A stretch of DNA of 64,000 nt, taken from positions 1,376,001-1,440,000 of the forward strand of contig OZ242311.1 in NCBI GenBank assembly GCA_965207885.1, given 5' to 3'. Positions 58,020-64,000 of this stretch are shown one piece after another. The notes under the pieces were generated by a model that saw nothing but the letters and a program-made list of their open reading frames with translations, did no database searches and was not told where the DNA came from. Made by a program: the position numbers and the translations under genes. Each line of letters begins with the position of its first letter. Position 1 is the stretch's first letter. The stretch comes from Candidatus Latescibacterota bacterium. Lineage in GTDB: Bacteria; Latescibacterota; UBA2968.

Positions 58020-58241
58020 ATGGCGAGCCAAATTCACGTTAGTTCTAAGGCGGTTCAAGTCCCTGAGATAGCTTCCGAGCCGGATAAAACAACAAGCATG
58101 CCCTCAAGCAACGCGATCATCTGGCAAGAATGGACACAAAAACGCGCCCAAGACGCGCCGACTCTTGAACAGATCCAAGAAATCACTAAAAAAGTTAAAC
58201 TCAATGTGACACAAACTATCCTGGAAGGTCGGAAAATCTAA
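58020..58241 (+). CDS. Small hypothetical protein
   Basis: GGAG RBS before ATG; 73 aa; no recognised motif; sits among toxin-antitoxin genes. Confidence 0.4.
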   Translation: MASQIHVSSKAVQVPEIASEPDKTTSMPSSNAIIWQEWTQKRAQDAPTLEQIQEITKKVKLNVTQTILEGRKI

Positions 58242-58309
58242 TAATTTCAGATAAAGGCGTTTTGGCAACCATGCTCAAACACCTCGGCATTGACAGGAAG
58301 GAGTTCTGA
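58241..58309 (+). pseudogene. C-terminal relic of a HicA-like toxin gene
   Basis: Reads IISDKGVLATMLKHLGIDRKEF-stop, ending 3 nt before hicB; upstream in-frame stop at 58196 and no start codon before the relic. Confidence 0.55.
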
Positions 58310-58312
58310 TTC

Positions 58313-58747
58313 ATGCAATATGCCTATCCATGCAATCTGATTCCCGACCGCGAAGAGGGCGAGGGATTCATCGTGACCTTTCCCGACGTACCGGGAGCCA
58401 TAACAGGGGCGCAAACCAGAGAAGAATTTCTTTTCTTAGCCGAAGACGCCCTCGTTGCCATGCTCGCTGTGTACGTCCAACAGCAACGGGAAATCCCAAC
58501 GCCAAGCCCTGTTGCGGACGGTCAGGAACTCGTCGCAGTCCCACCTATCGCTGCCGCCAAGCTGGCCCTCTATACGGCCATGCGCGAGCAAGGAATCACT
58601 GGGGAAACACTCGCCACTCGTCTAAACCTGAGCGATTCAGCCCTTCGCAAGTTGCTCAACCCGGACTGCTTCTCCCATATCAGTCAGATCATGAAAGCAC
58701 TCCGAACCGTCGGGCGTAGCCTGGTCATAGAAGACAGAGCGGCATAG
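58313..58747 (+). CDS. hicB: HicB-family antitoxin with C-terminal HTH
   Basis: GFIVTFPDVPGAITGAQTREE...AEDAL, IPTPS, AAKLALYTAMREQG. Confidence 0.88.
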   Translation: MQYAYPCNLIPDREEGEGFIVTFPDVPGAITGAQTREEFLFLAEDALVAMLAVYVQQQREIPTPSPVADGQELVAVPPIAAAKLALYTAMREQGITGETLATRLNLSDSALRKLLNPDCFSHISQIMKALRTVGRSLVIEDRAA

Positions 58748-58803
58748 TTGCCCAAATGTAAAAAAACCTTTCTGGATTGCGGCTAAAACCCTGCCGCAAT
58801 GAC

Positions 58804-58827
58804 GGGCGAGGCATGCCTCGCCCCTAC
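58804..58827 (-). repeat. GTAG-type REP palindrome
   Basis: Minus strand GTAG-GGGCGAGGCATGCCTCGCCC: a GTAG tetranucleotide followed by a perfect 20-bp GC-rich palindrome. Confidence 0.7.
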
Positions 58828-58920
58828 AGCACCATAGCCTGCCCCGCATGCTTTAAGCAGGGGCCGCGATGACGGATTTCAGATACAGCGCATGCTACAA
58901 AATAAAAACAGGAGTATAAC

Positions 58921-59712
58921 GTGAGCGCACCACCAATCCCAGAACGCCCCCCCATCCCGGGTGTCAGACACATCGTCGCAATCGCCAGTGGCAAAGGTGG
59001 CGTGGGCAAAACGACAACCGCGTCAAATCTGGCTGTGGCAATGGCACAATCGGGACACGCGGTGGGATTGATGGATGCGGATATTTACGGACCCAATGTA
59101 CCGATCATGATGGGCAGCAAAGCGCAGCCGCAAATGACACCGGAGCAAAAAATTGAACCCCTTGAGCTGTACGGTGTAAAAATGGTATCTCTGGGACTAA
59201 TCGCCGGCGATGGCGTACCCATCATCTGGCGCGGACCCATGTTGGCCAAGATGGTCACCCAATTCGTGCGCGACGTGGCCTGGGCACCGCTCGATTGTCT
59301 GGTCATCGACTTGCCTCCGGGCACCGGCGATGTGCAACTGACCCTGACCCAATCAACCCCATTGGACGGCGCAGTCATCGTAACGACACCCCCCCTGGTC
59401 GCCCTGGAAGACGTGCGGCGTGGCGTCGAAATGTTTCACACCGTTGAAGTGCCCGTACTGGGTGTAATTGAAAACATGAGCACTTATATATGCGGCAAGT
59501 GCGGCACAGAAACGCCGATCTTTGGTCAGGGAGGTGGCGAGCGCACGGCAAAAGCCTATAGCGTGCCATTTTTGGGCGCGATTCCCCTGCACCTACAGGT
59601 ACAAATGGGAAGTGACACGGGAGCACCAATAGTAGCCTCTGACCCCGACTCGCCTCTGGCAAAAATATATCGCGACATCGCCGATAGCATCTGGCGATCT
59701 CTGGAGATGTGA
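58921..59712 (+). CDS. mrp: Mrp/ApbC/Nbp35 Fe-S cluster carrier ATPase
   Basis: ASGKGGVGKTT, DADIYGP, WRGPM, DLPPGTGD, ENMS..ICGKC. Confidence 0.92.
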   Translation: MSAPPIPERPPIPGVRHIVAIASGKGGVGKTTTASNLAVAMAQSGHAVGLMDADIYGPNVPIMMGSKAQPQMTPEQKIEPLELYGVKMVSLGLIAGDGVPIIWRGPMLAKMVTQFVRDVAWAPLDCLVIDLPPGTGDVQLTLTQSTPLDGAVIVTTPPLVALEDVRRGVEMFHTVEVPVLGVIENMSTYICGKCGTETPIFGQGGGERTAKAYSVPFLGAIPLHLQVQMGSDTGAPIVASDPDSPLAKIYRDIADSIWRSLEM

Positions 59713-59894
59713 AAACAGCATTGCACAATCGCATGTCACAAGAAGGCGATCGTTATGCGAACGTCTTTTTTTATTTCTCCCTTGAAAACTATACACCCGT
59801 TTAGTATATTTAATGCGGATTTCCGAAACCAGTCTTCCCACTGGTGCGTCAAAGGTCTTGTAGAATTCAGGCATATTCCAACCCGTGAGGATAA

Positions 59895-61145
59895 ATGATG
59901 TTGCAACGTATATCGGTTATACTCGGAATTCTAATTCTTCTCTGGGCGTTTTCGGGGTGCAGTGAGGAAGCCACTGCCGACAAGGCATCTTCTGATAGCA
60001 CGGCAAAGACCAGTTCGACCAAGGCCGATTCTGCCAAAGCTGATTCTGCCAAAGTTGCCGCAAAGCAGAAGCGCAACAAACAACCGAATCCAAAGGCCAA
60101 AACTCAACCAAATCCCAAGCGCAAAAATCAAAAACCGAGAGTCGCCGAAGGAGTCCCCGTAAAAGTATCTGTCGTGGGAACGGGTAAAATCTCCCAGCAT
60201 GTGCTCTACAGCTCCGCAGTAGAAGCCGAAGAAACCATCGACATTTACGCGCGAGGCTCCGGATTGGTGCGACGCGTACTGGTCGAAGAAGGGGAGCGTG
60301 TGCGCGAGGGCCAGGTGCTGATCGAACTGGTTGACGACGAATTAAAGCTCAACGAAGCCGAGGCGAAATTGATGTATCAGAAGTTGGAAAGCCAGCTCAA
60401 ACGAAAAGAAGAGTTATTTAATCGACAACTTTTGGCAAAAGAAGAATACGAAGACCTCAAAATCAATGTTGAACAGAACAAAATTCGGTGGGAACGCGCC
60501 CGATTATCTCTCGATTATGCGCGCGTGCGCGCGCCGGTAAGCGGGGTCATTTCAAGGCGCTCGGTCAAGCTGGGCGACCGCATCGGTGCCAGCACCAAGC
60601 TCTACGAAATGGTCAACTTGAGTCGCTTGATCGCTTATGTACATGTGCCGGGACAGGGCATGCACAATTTAGCGGTTGGACAGCCCGCACTCATAACAAC
60701 AGATTTCTTACCCGGTACAAAATTTGACGGAAAAATATTGCGTATCAGCCCAGTCGTCGATCCCGGATCGGGCACCTTTAAGGTAACCCTGGAACTGAAA
60801 TCAAAGAACCGGTTGCTGCGGCCCGGTATGTTTGTCAATGCACACATCGTCACAGCGACCCACCCCCAGGCTGTACTCGTACCCAAGCGGGCTGTGGTGT
60901 ACGACGATGGACTACCGCACGTATTCGTCGTGTCGGACAGCACAGTCAATAAAGTGCGCTTTGAAATGGGCTTTGACGACACCGAATTTGTCGAAGTACT
61001 CGCGGGCGTAAAAAAAGGCGACCAGATAGTCGTGGTGGGACAAAACGGTTTGAAGGACAAAGCCAAAGTGCGAATCATCGAAGGTGAAGGATTGCGCATT
61101 CCCGCGAAGCCAGATTCAACAGGGGAACAGGCAGAAAAGACGTGA
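59895..61145 (+). CDS. RND efflux periplasmic adaptor (membrane fusion protein), probable lipoprotein
   Basis: FSGC lipobox-like signal, low-complexity linker, VEEGERVREGQ, VRAPVSGVI, ISPVVDP, LRPGMFV, VPKRAV. Confidence 0.88.
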   Translation: MMLQRISVILGILILLWAFSGCSEEATADKASSDSTAKTSSTKADSAKADSAKVAAKQKRNKQPNPKAKTQPNPKRKNQKPRVAEGVPVKVSVVGTGKISQHVLYSSAVEAEETIDIYARGSGLVRRVLVEEGERVREGQVLIELVDDELKLNEAEAKLMYQKLESQLKRKEELFNRQLLAKEEYEDLKINVEQNKIRWERARLSLDYARVRAPVSGVISRRSVKLGDRIGASTKLYEMVNLSRLIAYVHVPGQGMHNLAVGQPALITTDFLPGTKFDGKILRISPVVDPGSGTFKVTLELKSKNRLLRPGMFVNAHIVTATHPQAVLVPKRAVVYDDGLPHVFVVSDSTVNKVRFEMGFDDTEFVEVLAGVKKGDQIVVVGQNGLKDKAKVRIIEGEGLRIPAKPDSTGEQAEKT

Positions 61146-61255
61146 TGAGGTATCTTTCTTTTGTTTGCCTGTCGTTGTATAAAATAGCGAATCGCAGACC
61201 TTAATGTGTGGGCGGTTCGCTGATTTTTTATGCGGAGCGATACAGGGAGAACAAT

Positions 61256-64000
61256 ATGGGATCGGAAGTTCGGGACAATGTAAAACGGGATTTTTCTCGC
61301 ACATTTGAGATTACAACCCGGCGGCCCGTAGCGATTTTTATGGTCGTCCTGGCCGTTGCCGTATTTGGTTATGTGTCTTATCAGCAACTGCCGCTAAACA
61401 TGATGCCCGACATTTCATATCCAACATTAACAGTGCGTACTGAATATCCCGATACCGCACCCGAAGAAGTTGAAAATTTGATCTCAAGGCCCATTGAACA
61501 GCGCCTGGGGGTTGTGAGCAATCTCGTAAGCATTACATCGATCTCCAGACCTGGCATGTCCGATGTCATTTTGGAATTTGGCTGGGACACCGATATGAAT
61601 GACGCCGTGCAAACAGTGCGCGAAAACCTCGACCGCCTCAACTTGCCGCGCGGGGTCAATCGCCCATTGATATTGCGCTACGACCCCACGCAAGATCCAA
61701 TCATGCGCGTTGGGATTTACGACACCGAAAATATGTATGTATTGCGCCATATCGCCGAAGAAGAAATCAAGCAAGAACTGGAAGCGCTCAAAGGCGTAGC
61801 AGCGGCGCGTGTAAAAGGCGGACTCGAAGAAGAAATTCGGGTTGAAATCAGCGAACGGCAATTGGCACTGATGGGACTCAATATCAACACCATCAACCGG
61901 CGGTTGCAAGAGGAAAATGTCAACCTGGCCGGCGGCAGTTTGCTGGATGGACAAACGCAGTACCTCGTGCGTACGCTGAATGAATTTCGCACCATTGACG
62001 AAATTGCCAATCTGGTGGTAGGCGACCGCAACAACATTGAAATCCGGGTAAAAGATGTGGGGCAAGTTTATCGCACGCACAAGGAGCGGGAGATCATCAC
62101 GCGGGTCAATGGCATAGAAAGTGTAGAAATCGAAATTTTTAAGGAAGCCGACGCCAATATCGTAGCCACAGCACAGCGTGTGCGCGACCGCCTGTTCGGC
62201 ACACCCGAACAATTGGCATACATAGAAAAACTCAAAGCGGGCGAGATCGAAAAAGCCAAAGCCAACGACCGGCGGGAACAGGTGCGGCAATTTGTGCAGA
62301 TGAAGGAGATGACGAGTTTTATCGCCTTTACATTGCCCGAAGGCGTGGCCATGGAAATGCTGTCCGATCAATCGACATTTATTGAATCATCGGTCAATGA
62401 GGTCAAGCAAACCGCGCTGATAGGCGGGTTATTGGCCATACTGGTCCTGTACATCTTCCTTCGCAATCCATCTCACACAGCTATTGTGGGCCTCGCCATC
62501 CCGATTTCAATTGTGGCGACATTTGCCCCCATGAACATTTTTGGCGTATCCCTGAATATCATGTCTCTGGGAGGGCTGGCACTCGGTATTGGAATGCTGG
62601 TTGACAATGCCATTGTGGTATTGGAAAGCATTTTTCGATGTCGCGAAGAAGGCGACGATATGATTTCGGCTACCATCCGGGGGACCGGGGAAGTCGGCGG
62701 AGCGGTTTTTGCATCCACGCTGACAACTGTGGCGGTGTTTTTTCCCATTGTATTTGTCGAAGGCGTGGCCGGGCAGATTTTTGGCGACATGGCACTAACC
62801 GTTGTTTTTTCACTCCTGGCATCTCTGGGCGTCGCGCTATTCTTTATCCCCATGCTGGCTTCTCGGCAAGTGCATCTGGCACGCGGCAATAGCGAAGGAC
62901 AAGGCGAGCGTCTAATGCAGTCTGAAGTATTGCAATTGCGTTCGGTCGCGTGGCTACTCGAAGGCATGGGCCTGAAAAACAGGGGCGAAAATGCGCTTCA
63001 ATATCACGCCATGAATTTTAGCACGCTGTTGATGCGCATGCCAATTGGCTTTATCTATTTACTGGGCGAATACATCGCCCGCACATTGTGGCTTGCAAGT
63101 GTAATTGCGATCGTGGCACTCAAAGCCGTATTCACCGTATTGGCCGTTCTTCTATACCCCATCATCTATCCCGGATGGGGATTTTATTGCTGGCTCGGTT
63201 CCGGACCCTTATGGCGTCGGGAAATAAATCGCCTGTGGGGACCTCTGTGCACCTGGGCTGAGGATCGCGACCTGTTTGGCAAAGCATGGGTGCGGATCAT
63301 ATGGGATGATTTGCTGGCATTTGTAACGCCCCAAAATTTGGGACGCGACTTGAGTGTGCAAATGCGATGGACAGGGAGTACATTGAAGCGTCTGTTCCGC
63401 TGGGTCGGGAAGCACGCGATCTGGAAGCGCGTCTTAAAAATCGCACCCGTGCTCCTCGGCTCAGTAGGCGTTTTGCTGCTCTTTGTGCTCGGTGCGGTTT
63501 ATTTTCTTCTTCGATTTCTGATCTTTACAACACTCATCCTGGTAGGCAAAATACTGATCTTGACACTCATGTTTGTATTTTTAACCGGATTGGTCGCATT
63601 GCTGGTGATCGCCCTTGTCCTGTTGCCCATCCTCGCGCCAGTACTGTTTTTGTTTGAGCGCGGTTTTGCAGCCATTCGGCGCGCTTACACGCCTTTTATC
63701 CGCTGGGCTTTGCACAACAGACTGAGCATTGTAGCGGGTGCTGTGGTGCCTTTTGCGATATGCTGGATGGTCTTGTTGCCCCGATTGGGCAATGAATTGA
63801 TCCCACAGGTGCATCAGGGCGAGTTTAATGTGGATATTGGTTTGCCCGTAGGCACACCGCTCGAAATGACCGATGAAACCCTGAAGCTCATCGAATCGCG
63901 GGTGATGGATGCTTATGATGTGGGCGCGATTTCTTCGACAGTTGGCGTGGATAAAACCGATATCACATCGTCTGATCAGGGCGAGCACACCGGAGTTGTG
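61256..64000 (+). CDS. AcrB/AcrD/AcrF-family RND permease (3' end outside the window; absent from the ORF track)
   Basis: AGGGAGA RBS, ATG 61256; RRPVAIFM, MPDISYP, YPDTAPEEVE, LNIMSLGGLALGIGMLVDNAIVVLE, ASTLTTVAVFFP; the parts translated by hand read in one frame to the window end. Confidence 0.92.
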   Translation, partial: MGSEVRDNVKRDFSRTFEITTRRPVAIFMVVLAVAVFGYVSYQQLPLNMMPDISYPTLTVRTEYPDTAPEEVENLISRPIEQRLGVVSNLVSITSISRPGMSDVILEFGWDTDMNDAVQTVRENLDRLNLPRGVNRPLILRYDPTQDPIMRVGIYDTENMYVLRHIAEEEIKQELEALKGVAAARVKGGLEEEIRVEISERQLALMGLNINTINRRLQEENVNLAGGSLLDGQTQYLVRTLNEFRTIDEIANLVVGDRNNIEIRVKDVGQVYRTHKEREIITRVNGIESVEIEIFKEADANIVATAQRVRDRLFGTPEQLAYIEKLKAGEIEKAKANDRREQVRQFVQMKEMTSFIAFTLPEGVAMEMLSDQSTFIESSVNEVKQTALIGGLLAILVLYIFLRNPSHTAIVGLAIPISIVATFAPMNIFGVSLNIMSLGGLALGIGMLVDNAIVVLESIFRCREEGDDMISATIRGTGEVGGAVFASTLTTVAVFFPIVFVEGVAGQIFGDMALTVVFSLLASLGVALFFIPMLASRQVHLARGNSEGQGERLMQSEVLQLRSVAWLLEGMGLKNRGENALQYHAMNFSTLLMRMPIGFIYLLGEYIARTLWLASVIAIVALKAVFTVLAVLLYPIIYPGWGFYCWLGSGPLWRREINRLWGPLCTWAEDRDLFGKAWVRIIWDDLLAFVTPQNLGRDLSVQMRWTGSTLKRLFRWVGKHAIWKRVLKIAPVLLGSVGVLLLFVLGAVYFLLRFLIFTTLILVGKILILTLMFVFLTGLVALLVIALVLLPILAPVLFLFERGFAAIRRAYTPFIRWALHNRLSIVAGAVVPFAICWMVLLPRLGNELIPQVHQGEFNVDIGLPVGTPLEMTDETLKLIESRVMDAYDVGAISSTVGVDKTDITSSDQGEHTGVV

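Noticed and set aside
60020-60135. Short tandem repeats (KADSA, QPNPK) in the adaptor gene
   Set aside because: Ordinary low-complexity linker after a lipoprotein signal; only two to three copies.

Overview
Bacterial chromosomal window: housekeeping and catabolic genes interleaved with several accessory modules. No rRNA, tRNA or CRISPR array was seen. Two candidates stand out. (1) 7.5-15.4 kb: a sigma54-controlled RiPP-like locus. A 1606-aa Ser/Thr kinase-STAND ATPase-TPR-GAF-sigma54 activator is followed by three near-identical palindromic enhancer-like boxes, a -24/-12 promoter, a 59-aa single-cysteine precursor with a ranthipeptide-like leader, an RRE-radical SAM-SPASM maturase and a second, sensor-less sigma54 activator. 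A YtrA/ABC/CAAX-protease/duplicated-permease operon lies just upstream. (2) 23.6-31.9 kb: an sspABCD-like DNA phosphorothioation operon in which the usual sspE effector position holds a GIY-YIG nuclease plus a DGQHR/DndB-family gene, bracketed by two related hairpin repeats. Other features: an Rpn-like nuclease with an internal RBS/ATG (possible intragenic antitoxin), EndoQ-UvrD and exonuclease-RecQ-UvrD fusions, a complete IS4-family element with a 9-bp target duplication, a toxin-antitoxin cluster with a hicA relic, and an RND permease (missing from the ORF track, running off the window) with a large hydrophobic insertion. All calls are from reading motifs by eye; no database searches were run.
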